This document shows positions 1 to 13,200 of a stretch of 22,810 nt of DNA, piece by piece. How positions within the stretch are numbered: position 1 is the stretch's first letter; each line of letters starts with the position of its first letter. This DNA is from an uncultured virus (IMG/VR IMGVR_UViG_3300005573_000079) (Duplodnaviria > Heunggongvirae > Uroviricota > Caudoviricetes > Crassvirales), in IMG/VR virus record IMGVR_UViG_3300005573_000079; one strand, 5' to 3'. The notes under the pieces are model-generated. The model had not been told where the DNA came from, made no database searches, and worked only from the letters and a program-made list of their open reading frames with translations. The translations under genes and the position numbers were made by a program.

Positions 1-1
1 A

Positions 2-1228
2 TATAAAGCAACAGCCCCTGAGCATTATGACCAGCAAAAGCGCTGGTACATAAAAGAGTATAAAGAGTTACATCCTGATGCTTCAGATGATGAAGCTGCA
101 GATGCTGCAGATGATAGGATATCTAAAGAAGTTGCTGTTAAAGCAATGAACAGGGTATGGACAGCTACAGATAGGCAGGTACTTACTATACCCAGTGGAT
201 TTGGTACTTCTAATGAACCAAATAGTCCACCTCTTGTACCGGGGCCAACAGTAGTTCTGAACTATCCTCTTTCTTCATTGTCTAAGGCGACTAGCTTAAA
301 AGATATGATTAAAGTAATGGAAGGTAATGATGTAGAAACTAAAGAAGCTGCACGTCATGTCATTAACCTTACTCTTGCAGACCTTAAAGATGACGCTGAT
401 GTTAAACCATTCATTGCCTATGATGATAAAGGTAATATAGATATTGACAAAACACTACGTAATTTGCATTATTCAGCAGTGCCTCAAGTTGGACATTATA
501 ACGAGGGTCAACAAAGTATGATAGATGTAACAGATATGCCTACTACTGAGGTTGATAAGAAAAACTTAACAGTACGAAGCTTAGATAATGCAGTAAAGAA
601 AGTAAGGGATGCATTTACACAAAAAGCACAGTTTTTCAAGCGTCCTATGAATTTCCAGGTGTATATGTTGCATCCTACCATATCAGATAATGCAAATAAC
701 ATTATTAACACTTATGTCAGAAACTCAATAGATACTCATAAGGTGGAAATAGTTGGTACTGCTGATAAATATTCAGAAAAGCTTATGAATCCTAAGAATA
801 GAGAAAATCTGCTTGTACTGGGTACTAAATATAAGCCAGCTGCTGAAGATTTAGGTAATGCACGTATAGTAGGATTTACTGGAGACTACTCAACAGGCAT
901 AATCTATTATGCTAAGACAGATAACAATACTTACTTGTTAAGAACTCCAGATGCAGCTGTTAATGGTATAGCAGCTAAAATGCTTGGAGATGAAGCTGGT
1001 ACAATATACCTTGCAAATCGTGCATATGAGCAGTTAAAAACAAATGCAAAAGACCCACAAGCTAAATATTTAAGTGTAAATGCTCTCTTTGGTGATGAAC
1101 ACTCAAAGAATGCTCTTAACATATTACTTGCACAGACAGGTGTTCAGCTCGATGCTGATGATAATGCAGAGACTTTATTCAGAAAGATTAAAGGTGCTGA
1201 AGTAGCAAATGCATTTAATACAAAATAA
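2..1228 (+). CDS. 5'-truncated hypothetical protein (>=408 aa), probable virion cargo/ejection protein upstream of the virion RNAP
   Basis: The frame of the 146..1228 ORF is open back to position 2 (YKATAPEHYDQQKRWYIKEYKELHPDASDDEAADAADDRISKEVAVKA-MNRV...), so the gene starts outside the window. It ends with TAA at 1226-1228. Function is inferred from position only. Confidence 0.8.
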   Translation, partial: YKATAPEHYDQQKRWYIKEYKELHPDASDDEAADAADDRISKEVAVKAMNRVWTATDRQVLTIPSGFGTSNEPNSPPLVPGPTVVLNYPLSSLSKATSLKDMIKVMEGNDVETKEAARHVINLTLADLKDDADVKPFIAYDDKGNIDIDKTLRNLHYSAVPQVGHYNEGQQSMIDVTDMPTTEVDKKNLTVRSLDNAVKKVRDAFTQKAQFFKRPMNFQVYMLHPTISDNANNIINTYVRNSIDTHKVEIVGTADKYSEKLMNPKNRENLLVLGTKYKPAAEDLGNARIVGFTGDYSTGIIYYAKTDNNTYLLRTPDAAVNGIAAKMLGDEAGTIYLANRAYEQLKTNAKDPQAKYLSVNALFGDEHSKNALNILLAQTGVQLDADDNAETLFRKIKGAEVANAFNTK

Positions 1229-1235
1229 TTCTACT

Positions 1236-4200
1236 ATGAGAAAATTTTCTATTGACAAGAATGTTTTAACTGAAAATTATGCTAATCCCACTTCTATTAC
1301 ACCTGAAGAAGCTGCCAACCAACCCCTACTAAGTACACCCGGTCAGATAGGTTATACTTATGAGCAACTAAAAAGGTATATACCAGGACTTGTATCTCCC
1401 TATGATTTTCAAGAACAGCTTGGTATTTATCAGCCAGCATCAAGTAAAGTACTTAATGGTATTGGTAAGATGGGTATTACAACTGCAGCTACCTTCAGTG
1501 ATGCTTTTATTGGCACTGCAGTAGGACTTGTTAATATGGTTGGTGGTGGTAGCTTTACAGATAATCCTTATAGTAGAGCTGTTAATGACCTTCTCGCTAA
1601 ATCAGAAGAGTGGCTTCCTAACTATAGAACACATGCAGAAGAGAATATGAACTTATTACAGAAGTTAGGCACTGCTAACTTCTGGGCTGATACTATTATT
1701 AAAAACACAGGCTTTGCACTTGGTATGCTTGGTGCTGCCCTGGTAGGTGATGAACTTGCCTTCTCCAGGATATTTGGCGCATCCAAGCTGGAAGGTCAGA
1801 TAATGAGAGCTCTTGGTGCTTATGGTGATGATGCTGTTAAAGGCATTAAGGCTCTTGATGGTACTATACTTCAATCATCAGATGATGTACTGAAAGCACT
1901 CTATACAAATAATCTTGACCTTGCTAACTTATCTAATGAGGTTATCAAGAATACTAAAATGCTCAAGATAAAGAGTGGACTTCAGGCAGTCACATCTGCA
2001 GCTTGGGGTGCTCAAGGTGAAGCAAGGTTTGAGAGTATTAATACACGGGATGAAACATATAATAACTTAATAAAAGATGAGCTGATAAAGATGCAACAGC
2101 AAAATCCTTATAGGCTCATCACTGAAAATGATATTCCTGAAGAGAGAAAGCAAGAGTTTAAAAAGCAAGCTGCTGCTGCAGGTAATATTGACTTTGCTTT
2201 AAACATACCACTACTTACTGCTGGTGAGCTTATACAGTTTGGTAAGGTTCTTGGTAGAGGATATAAATTCGAGAAGAGAGCTTTTAACCTGCTGCAAGAT
2301 AAAGTAGCTCTTGATGAGACAGGTAAGATGGTTATCCAGGCACCTAAAGGATTCTGGCAAAAAGCTGCACGTACTGCTCTTGTTACAGGTAAGGTGCTTG
2401 AAAGGCCCTATTTTGAAGGTCAGGAAGAGCAACTTCAGTTTGCTATACAGAAAGGTTCAGAAGATTATATAGCAAGAAGGAATGACCCTAACACTCAAGG
2501 GTGGTTAACAGATGGATTTAAAGCTACAGTTGAAGGGCTATCTAAAGCCTATGGTACTCAGGAAGGCTGGGAGAACTTCCTCGCTGGGTTTATCACCTCT
2601 ATGATACCTATGCCTACCTTTGGAGCTAAAGGAGCTCCTAAGTTTATGTCTCCTATGATAGAAAGCATCAAGGAGTTAAAGGAAGGTAGAGCTGCTGTAC
2701 AAGCTGCTGTTAATTCCTTTAATAAGATGTACAAAACTTATGAACCTCTTATTAAAGGTATTACAGCAATACGTAGTTATGAACAAGATAAGTCCAAAGC
2801 TTTAGAGAATGATGATGTATTCTCATATGAATCAGCTAACTCAATGCAGCTTACAGAGCTTGTAGTGGCACTGCATGAGCTTGGCAGGATTGACATATTA
2901 AAAGATAAGATTGCACAAGTACGTGAGCTAAGTGGTGATGATATTGTTAAGATGCTCACTATAACCAAGGATGCGCAAGGCAACCCTCTTCCTCAGGAAA
3001 AGTGGATTAATCCTTATGAGAATACAGACCCTGATGAAGTTAAGCAGATATACAACCAGAGACTTGATAAGCTACAAGCTCAGATAGACACTATTGCTAA
3101 GATTAAGGAAGGAGTAGAAACACAATTTGGTAAATATACCAGCGCTGAAGGTAGAGTGATGCTCATTCATGACCTTGCCTATGCTGATGACCTTGACAAT
3201 AGAATAAAGAATATGTCTGCTGACCTTCAGAAGCTTGGTGTTGTAGATAGTGAAAAGCTTGCTGCACTACTTGAAGAAAGAGCTAAGCTTGGTCTGGATA
3301 TTGCAGATGCTACTACACGTGCTGACATATCTAAACTGGATGAGCTTAACAAGAAGATAATTGATGGTATTGTAGCCTTTGAAGGTGAGAATGCAAGACC
3401 AGAGCTTGAAGCTATGGCTAAAGCAAATCCTCGGTCTCTCATTAAAAGAGCAAGAGCTTCTATTCAGGAAGAGTCTACACGTAGAGCTGGTCTTGGCTTG
3501 ATACATACCTCTATACTTGAGAAGACAAATACCAGGAGAGAAGAAATATTAAAAGAAAAAGCAGCTCTTAATGAGAATAAAGAAATAGCTGAAGAAGAAA
3601 GGACTGCTAAGAATGCAGAGCTTGACAAGCAACTTGAGATATATGATAAGGTACTTAAGACTACTCAGGATAGACTTAGTGAACTTCTTGGTAATAACTA
3701 TGATTGGATAGCGGATGAACTTAAAGCTCTTGAGGAAGAAAGTGCCAGATATACTAAAGCTAAGGAAGAACTTGATGCACTTGTAAAGCAGCAGGATGCT
3801 CTTGCAGAAAAGATTGCAGAAGTACAGACAAATAAACTTGCTACTCTTGGTCCTGTATATGGATTATCTAAAGAGGAGTACATCAACAGATTAGTTGCTC
3901 TGCATGATGCCCAGGAGCAGCTTAATGCCAATGTAGCTGCCAGGATGAAAGAAGCTCCTCATCTTTCTGAGGATATATTCAAGCTTGTTACTGACATAAG
4001 TAGAGCCCAGAATGCTAAGCTCGCAGCGCTTAACAATTATATGAACAATGTTAAAGCTATACATGATAATCCTGAAGCTTTTCAGAAGAGATTAGATAAG
4101 TTATTTGACCATCTTGGCAATAGAGCTATAGAGTCAAGAATTGCCACTCTTAAGGAAGCTACAGACCTTGCGAATGGCAGGATGGCTTTTGTTGATAATA

Positions 4201-7200
4201 CTAGTAAAGAAGTTCTTGTTGCAGAGAAGACAGGGGATAAAGCATATACTTTATATGGGCATAATGCATCGAGTGGTGAGTTTAGTATTAATAAAGGTAC
4301 TTATGATATAGATAAGGATTTTATTGAGAAATATACACCACTATATGAGCTGCAAGTTAAGAAAGTTACTGATGATAACAGGTTAAATCCTGAAGATGTC
4401 AATGGTACAAGTGATGCAGGTAGTCTATCTGACATAGCTCCTATAACAAGTACAAGAAAGTATAATAGAGTATCTTTTAGAATACCTTACTTTAGACCTG
4501 GAGTACTATTTGTAACTACAGATGCTTATTATCTGAGAGAACAAACTGATAAAGGTGATGGCATTCCTGCAACTGCTGCAGATGTAAAGAAAGCTATTGA
4601 TAGTGCTTCTACACCCCAGCAGAAAGCTAATATCAGGTATGACTATTTTAACTCACGTAATAATGTCCTTAGTGGAAGATTCAAAGTTAAGGTAAGAGAG
4701 CTAACTGCTGAACAAGTAGGAGCACCTGGTACATTTGAAGGTGTAGGTAAGTTTGCTTTTATTGTAGATATAGATGGTGACTATGTAGATATGGATGGTA
4801 AGAAAATACCTGAGTCTGAAGCTCTTGAAAATGGTATTTACACATCCATAAGGCTACCTCAACATTCTATAGAGACTGTATCAGTAGAACATCCTGAAGA
4901 CTCCAGCAAGGCTATTGACATGTATGTTATTGTAGATAAGAATAACAGACAACTCACACTGCCTATAGCTGATAAGAAAGCTCTTCAGGAAGAAATAAAT
5001 AACTATGAGAGATTCTACAATAAGATAAAGGATGGAGATATACTTCCCATAACTGCAAAGTTCCAGGGCAAGGAAGTAGGTGGTGAGAATAGACCTACCG
5101 GTGAAGTATTATCCAACATGTCTGAGGCTACACATAAGGTTACAGTAGTTACTAAGGGATTTGTTGAGGCTGGTAATACACGTTATACTGCGCCTAATGG
5201 ATTTGTATTTGTAGTGGATGAAAATAATAATGTGATACAGCTTCAGCCAAGGACACTTACTGAAGATGAAGTAAATTCTATACTCGAAATTGCTGAATAC
5301 ATTGCTGAAGAAGGTATTGATGATGCAGGTAATCTTATAGCTTCTAAGTTGGAAGGTGACTCTGAAGCAGAGAGTACAGCTACAACACAGAAGAGTCCCG
5401 AAGAAGCTGAACTTGAAGCTGCTATGAGCGAGGCTGTTAAGAAAATTCCTCATGGTACTAAAGCAAAAGTTCCTCTGTTTGAAGCTATAGCAAGTCTTGT
5501 ATATACACCTACAAGAAGTAATCTCAGTGATGCTGCTTATAATAAGATGCGTTCTGAGATGAGCAATATGATAAGCTCTTATTCAGATAAGTATAATAAT
5601 TCTAAGACAGATGAAGAGAAGCAGGCTGTAGTATTAGAAGTACGTAGTAAACTTACTGAAATTATAGATAGGTTTGTACCCAGGACAAATAATGAAGATA
5701 GGATTTACTTTGTAGGAGCTTTATCTGATGAGTCATTACCTCTTGGACTATCCAATCTGGTAAACATAGGTGGTAATTTCTATGAGCTTCGTGATGCTGA
5801 TGGTAAGTTAAATGAAGATACAAGAAAAGCTCTTAAGGAAGCTCTGGCTAATAGGATGATGCAGATAAGCACTACACTTGTTAACTCACACAAACCTATC
5901 AATATCCTGCAGTCAGCTAAACGTGATATGGCTAATCATACTATCACGTTGAAGACTAAAGAAGAGAAGGATAGATTTGAGTTTGTAAAGAAGAACACTA
6001 CTACTGATGCTATTGTAGGAAGTACAGAAATACCAACAAGATTAGGACAGAGCTTACGTATAGGTGATAGTAGTGCTTATGAGCAGAAGAGACCTTCTTC
6101 AGATGAAGAAGACCTTGGTGAAGGTACACCACTTGACTCTATTCTTGGTGGGGAGAAAGCACAGGAGCAAGCTACACCAAAAGGTAAAGCTTCTACCAGG
6201 GGTAAGAAAGTAAATTATACTAAAGGACCTAGAGGCAAGAGATACTACTTTGAACCTATCAAGAAAGGTAATAAGATAATAGGATATAGACGTCGTGTAG
6301 CTTCTACTAAGGAAGAGATAGCTCTGGCTAACAAACAGGCTAAGCAAAACTTTGTTCAGGTAAAAGATAGTAAAGGTAGAATACGTAAAGTAAATGGTAG
6401 TATATTATTCCAGCTTGATACTGGTACTACCAAAAGTACTCAGCAAGGCACTACTACTAAGAGTACAGAGGGGAAGAGTAACCTGGAGGCTTTACGTGAA
6501 GCTATGGGTATTAAAAAAGATGTTAAGATTAAACCCCCGAAGCCAACTGGACGAGCTAAAGAATTACTTGAAGCATTTGAAAAAGTTGAATTAGTAGATG
6601 ATGGTACTATCGAAGGTGGTGTTAAAGGTGCTGAAGAAGCACTTAAGAAATTAGCCAGTGCACAAGAGCAGCAATCTCAAGGCACACCTGAGCAGAAACC
6701 TACTGAGAGTAAAGAAACTCCTAAGACTCCTCCTCGAGTTGATACTAACAAACTGCCTGAAGAAGAAGCACCCTTCAGATTGGCCAGTGAGCTATCTGAA
6801 TATGAGAAAGAAGATATTGAGAAAGCAAGGGCATGGGTACAAAGTAAATTTGGTAACTCTATAGCATTTGAAGTGGTAGACCGCCTTGTCAATGGTAAGG
6901 CATGGGGTATGTTCTATGATGCTTGTATCTTCTTGTATAAGCACGCAGAAGTGGGTACAGCCTATCATGAAGCATTTCATGCTGTAAAGAGAATGTATCT
7001 CTCTGATAGAGAATGGAAAGACATTGTCAATGAGTTTAGAGCAAGGCCAGAAAATAAAGGTAAGGCATTCACAGATAGTCAAATTGAAGAAGCTCTTGCT
7101 GAAGAGTTTAGAAACTATGTACTTTCTGATGGTAAGCTTGAGGTACGCTCACCAAAGAAACATAGCTTCTTCTCCAGACTGCTTGACCTTATCAAAAGGC

Positions 7201-10200
7201 TCTTTGGTATGGATAAGTCTTCTATCAAAGAACTGTATGATAGAATACTCAGTGGGTACTACAAAGATATGAGACCTATTAGAAGTGATGTGGCTAAGCT
7301 TAAATCTCAGAATGTAACACCTGGTGATATATATTCAAGTAAGCCTGCCTATAGAGAGGTACAGAGTACTAAATACTCTGCATCTATGGAAGGTGCTCTG
7401 TTGGAAGGTATGGCATATCATTTCTCTGCAGCCTTATTTACTTCAAGTAAAGAAGCAGATGTGATTCAAAAGCTCTTCTCTAAAGTAGGTGTATCTGGAG
7501 AGGTAGTTGAAGATGCTATGACTTATTGCAAGGATGCTCTTACAAAAACAAGAGATAATCTTATACGCATCGCACAACAGATAACAGATGCTGCAGAGAG
7601 AGAAGGATTTCTTGAGAGAGCAAAGGTAATTGATGAGTACCTTAACAACTGGAATTATACTATAGAAAGGTTTTCTCTGTATCTCAAACGCTTTGGTATT
7701 AGCCTTAACATTAGAGAGCGCGCTGCTGAAGAAGCTGCTATTGATACAGAGATGAATGAAGATGCTGCTAGTGAGAATGAAACTAATGTTGAGAATGTTG
7801 ATAGGGAACTTGAAGATAGTGGCAAGTCTACAGATTATATCTATAAGTCTCTCACTGTATCTTCAAAGAAGACAGCCAGTCGTGCTGTTAAGATGCTCAT
7901 AGCTACTCTTGCTGAAGTAAGTGAGAAGGGTGCTATTATACGTAATGAGCTTGGGCTACCAAAACTTATTGGTTATGGGAGGGCTTTTAATATCATGTCA
8001 AATGTCCTGGCTAACACGACAAATGTCAGGTCATTCCTTGACAAACTAAATATCTTATCTAATAGGCCCGGGTTCACATGGGTTAAGTACTTTATCAACA
8101 GAATTAAAGCTCAGCATATTGTAGAAGCAGGTAATCAAGATATATCAATAAGACAACTATCTACATTCTTTGCTGCTGCACAAACATTCTGTAAATATAA
8201 ACATACAGGTAACATCATACTTGTTGATGAGGCTGGTAAGGACACTATTGTAAATGCTAACAGGCTATCCAGTGAAAGAAGAGTACTTATTGAATGGATG
8301 GCTCGGGCAAGCAAAGATGCTGCTTCTAAAGATAATAAGTTCCTTGTCATTGATAATGGAGTTATTAAGTACAATGCCAAAGCATTACTTTCCGAGTATA
8401 GTCATGGTAAGTTTAATGCTGATGATGCCTTAAGTTTTCTCAATGATATAGGTGTATACCTTAGTGATATGCCTGAAGATAGAGAAGTACGTGAAGCTAT
8501 CATTAAGAAGGCTCAGTCTATTTATGAGGCTGTTGTAAAGTACATGGATGATAAGGGATTATCTGCAGAAGCTCATATCTATGCAGATGTTAACAAGGGA
8601 GATAATTCTATTCAGAGCATCATCAGAGCAGAGATGTCACTTCTTGGTGGTATAGATGATATTGAGAATAGCTATAGAGATGTTAATGGTAGAAACATAT
8701 ATGCTATCAACCTGTATGGATATACTACTTTCATGCTGGAAGACATAAAATCTATTGTTGCAGAAGCACGCAAGGAGAATAAGAGTGCTGAAGAGATAAG
8801 AGGATTACTGATACAAAAGTATCCTCAGCTTGGCGAGGAATATGCAAAGCATTCTTTATTACTTGATAAGCTCATCAATGGAGAAAATATAGAGATGCAT
8901 CTTGTTAGTGGTCTTAATCCTGGTGAATATACTGATACAGTGCCTGCTACCAAGATGAAAGAACCTGATAGAGTACGCCTTGAATTTAACAATCATAAGA
9001 AGGGTGTTTACTCTATGAGTCAGCCTGCAGATAACTCTGTGAAGAGAGTATTTACCTTTGGACAGTTCTTTACTAAAGAAGAGGTACGTACTAACAAACA
9101 TATTAATGCATTTGTATGGTATCTGAGAGATGAAATAGCTCTTAGGGCTGCACATAGCAAGGCTGGGGAAAATTATACAAAGGTAAAAAACAACCTCTAC
9201 AGGGGTGTAATGATTGACCTTGTAAGGAAGCATCTGGCTACGGATGAACAGAGAGCTCAATTTGATAAAGAGCTTAAGGAAGCTATTGATAATGGTAGTA
9301 AAGAAGCTATCAACTCAATGCTGGTAGGTATGATTGATAGTATTACTCAATCTATAGCTGCAGGTATTAAGGCAGAGAGCGACGCTATGACAAAGTTACT
9401 GCTTCATAATAATCTGGTACAATCTGATGATAGTACAGGTACTACACTTTACTCTTCATCTGCACTTGACTTTGACTCAACTAAAGCACTCACCAAAGAT
9501 GAGCTTGATGCTGAAGTAATGCATTATACTGTTAATCAGATGATGTCCAAGATGGAGCAGATGAAGCTGTTCCTTGGAGATATGCTGTATAGTAAAGACT
9601 TGCTTGAGAAGTACAAACGTAATAATGCTGCTATATCTCCTAAGAAAATATGCTTTGCTGAGACTAAGGATTCTCCTGTTGAAAGAGTAACACAGGCAAT
9701 AGTACAGGGTGCTGATAATGGGCATTTACTCTATGATGAAAGAACCGGTCGTAAAATACTAAGGACTCTTGTTGTAGAAGACCCTGTTGTCAAATCAGAC
9801 CTGTATGATGCTTATGCTGAGGTTATAGATGACCCTAAACCTTATAAGGAAATTACTGAAACAGATGGATTCTGCTTTATCACTATGGACGAGTGGAGAA
9901 GGATGTTACTTCGTGCAGGTGATTGGACTGAAGCTCATGAGCTGCTCTATCATTATGAGATGCAGCAGTATCTTGGCAACCTGGTTAAGCAAGGTAAATT
10001 TGCTAAAGATGACTTCTATAGATTATTTGGACATAATGAATATGGTAAAGTATATTATGCAGGTAAAGAAGTAAAAGCAAAGGATATTAAGCTGAAGGTT
10101 AACTCACTTAAGGCACAGTACTATGGACCTATAGTTGGTGGTGGTAGTGCTATGACAATGTATAAAGCTTCATTCTTCCCTATGCTCCCTTCAGCCTTCA

Positions 10201-13200
10201 TGGATAAAAGTGGCAAGATTACAAGGACTTCCATGGCCAAAGTATACTACGCTGCAATACTCAATGGTATAGGGATAGTAGGATTTCAATCAGCTAATAA
10301 GGGATTAACATCCATAGCTAATCCTAACAATAAGCTATACACTGGTGACAGGCAGTTAAACATTGCATTTGATAAACCTGAAGAGCTGGCAGATAACATG
10401 TCATTTCAGGATACTTACTATGAACATTGGGGTATACAGCAAGATACAGGCTTTGACAGGCACAATGAGAATGTGCTTGGTACTCAGATGATGAAGATTA
10501 TACGCTCTTATATCTATTCTGAAGGTAAGCCTGTTAATGAGAAACAAGCAAGAAGATTAAGAGAACTTGATGAGCTTAATACCAGAAGATTACAATATGG
10601 TGTAAAGAATCTTGTTAGTACACTTGGGCTTACCTATGATAGCCAGCGTGATGTTTATATTATTGATGCAGAATCTCTTGATAGTATTAAAACAAGACTT
10701 ATAAATATTGCTGCTGCAAGGGATGTGCCTGAGAATATCATAGAGGCTATTAATAACTTGAGCCCTTCTTATGGAGCAGAGTTGATTGTTGATAGAAAGA
10801 CTATGGAAAAGCTCCTTACTTCTATTGCTAAGAATATGACTATCAGCAGGAAAGTAAGAGGCTCAGCTCCTTATCAAGTGCCATCAACACTCTTTGAACC
10901 TGATGAGTTTGTAAAGACCAAGACTAAGGAAGGTAATAAGGAATACTTAACATCTAACTTCCTTAAGACTTATAAGAATGAAAATGGTGCTATCACTAAG
11001 ATGCAGGTTTATCTTCCTTCTTATCTTGAAGGGGTGATTAATCCTAAGAATGTAGATGCATCCTTACTTCAACTTATAGGATACAGAATTCCAACACAAG
11101 CACTTGCTTCTATTGAAGCTATTGAAGTTGCAGGATTCTTGCCTGCACATTATGGGGATGTAATTGTACTGCCCACTGAGGTAGTTGCTAAGACCAACAG
11201 TGACTATGATATTGATAAGATGAACCTTATCATACCAAGGTACTATACAGTTAACAAACGACTTGCTGATGGAAGAATAGTAACAGAACATCATGTTATT
11301 AAGGGTACAAAGACTGCTTATGACAGTTATGTAGCTGATGTAGAAACTCATAATATTGTAAGTGAGAATAAACAGGCTATAATGAGTTTTGATGAGTGGA
11401 TGGAGCAGTCTATCGAGAATGATATGATAAATACTATATCTTCTATACTCACTGACCCGTCTAACTTCAAACATCTTGTAGAACCTGTAGGTCCTGGCAA
11501 CTTAAGTAAGTTACGCGGTGACCTTGACCTGCTGACACAAGGTGTCTTTAGAGAGAACTTTACTACTGATGAGGAATATGAAGCTGCAAGAAAGCAGGCT
11601 TTACAGAGAGAAAGTTCCTATGGGTTTGACTCATTCATAAGCCCTACCTTTAATATTAGATTTGAAGAAGAAGCTATAGAAGGTAAGGAATCTATTGGTA
11701 TAGTAGCTCTTGCACTAACATTTAAGATTATTTCAGCTGAGCATGAAGTGTCAGTAGCTCCACAAATAGAAGTTTCAAATCCCTATACCAGAGAGACCAG
11801 GACAGTAGCTACCTATATAAGGCTTCCTCACAATACAAATGAGAAGGGGGAGATATCTCTATCTAAGCAGACAGATATAAAGGGTGAGTCTATTAACAAT
11901 ACACTAAGTAAGTATGCATCTCTAACTGTAGATAATATCAAGACTATGGACTTGAAAAGACTTGATGTTACTACAGCAACCTTACCTGTAATAGAATATC
12001 TTGTTATGGCTGGTGTACCTGTAGAGACTATTCATCTGTTCCTAAAGCAACCTGCTATACAGAGGTTCTTACAGTTGCAGGAATATTATGAATCAGCTAC
12101 AGCTGTATCCCAGGATGATGATGCTAATGTAAATATGATACATGGCATGGTTGAGGAAGAGTTTGCTGTTGAGAATATGAATGCTTATGATGTACCTTCT
12201 ACAGTTGATGCAAAAACTCTTGAAGATGCTATCAAAAAGTTCATACTTAACAAGGGTAATCTCTCTGCTGAAGCAAGAGCTTTTCAGATTGCTATGTTAA
12301 GAGATTACAGGCATTATATGAGTGTGGCAAAAGGACTTTCAAGTGCAGTACAGGCTGTTCAGTATGATACTCAATCTGTAGGTAGCTCTATTGGTAGAAT
12401 TATTTATATGCTTACTCTCAAAGACAGAGCACTTGAACAGGGTATTATCCAGGGATTTGATAAGATACTTGGATATGCTGGGGAACATTCTTTTGTGAAA
12501 CCTTACAGAGAAACCCTTGAAGAAGTATTGAAGATATATCATCCTTACTTTATACAACTTTATAATGAGTCATTCTATGAATCTCTGACTGACTTAGCTC
12601 ATAAGCTTACATCAAGTGGAACATACTATAGTAAGGATGAGGTAATAAGAATACTTGATAACTATGCATCAGAGTTTATTACCTATCTGCTGATGACCCG
12701 TGAAGTATCCATTAATGGAACGAAGATAAATAAGCCTGTTAGTGAGATGACTGATGCCTTATTTACAGGCGAAGATGCTGTAGGTGCAAGGATAGCAAGA
12801 ATAAAGGATATTATCAGACGTGGAGACATGGGTGAGCAGTTTGATAATGCAGAAGAGTATGCTCTATATAATAACTACAGTGGTAATGCTTTCGTACGTA
12901 GTATCAGTGCTATCTATGATAGTGAGACTAATATGTGGGGTGTAGTATCATTTAATAACAAACTTGAGGCTATAGAATCTGATGATATTACTAAGGGCTG
13001 GCAAGAGCTCTTTGATGCAGGAGACCCACTTGCTACAGAGCTGGTCTTACTTGCTATACATCAGACAGGCATAAAGGATGTACCAGGCTCATTAATTAAG
13101 TTCATGCCTGCCAATATATATGCAGATATGATTAGTTCAGTACTAAGGACAGCTGATGTAACAGTAGACCATAGTGAAATACAATCTTTCCAGAATCAGT

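Noticed and set aside
146..148. ATG 146 as the start of the first gene
   Set aside because: The frame is open and protein-like back to position 2, so the real start is probably upstream of the window.
1209..1235. ATG 1209 as the start of the RNAP polyprotein
   Set aside because: It overlaps the previous gene by 20 nt. ATG 1236 follows the upstream TAA by 7 nt in an AT-rich context and is more plausible, though not proven.
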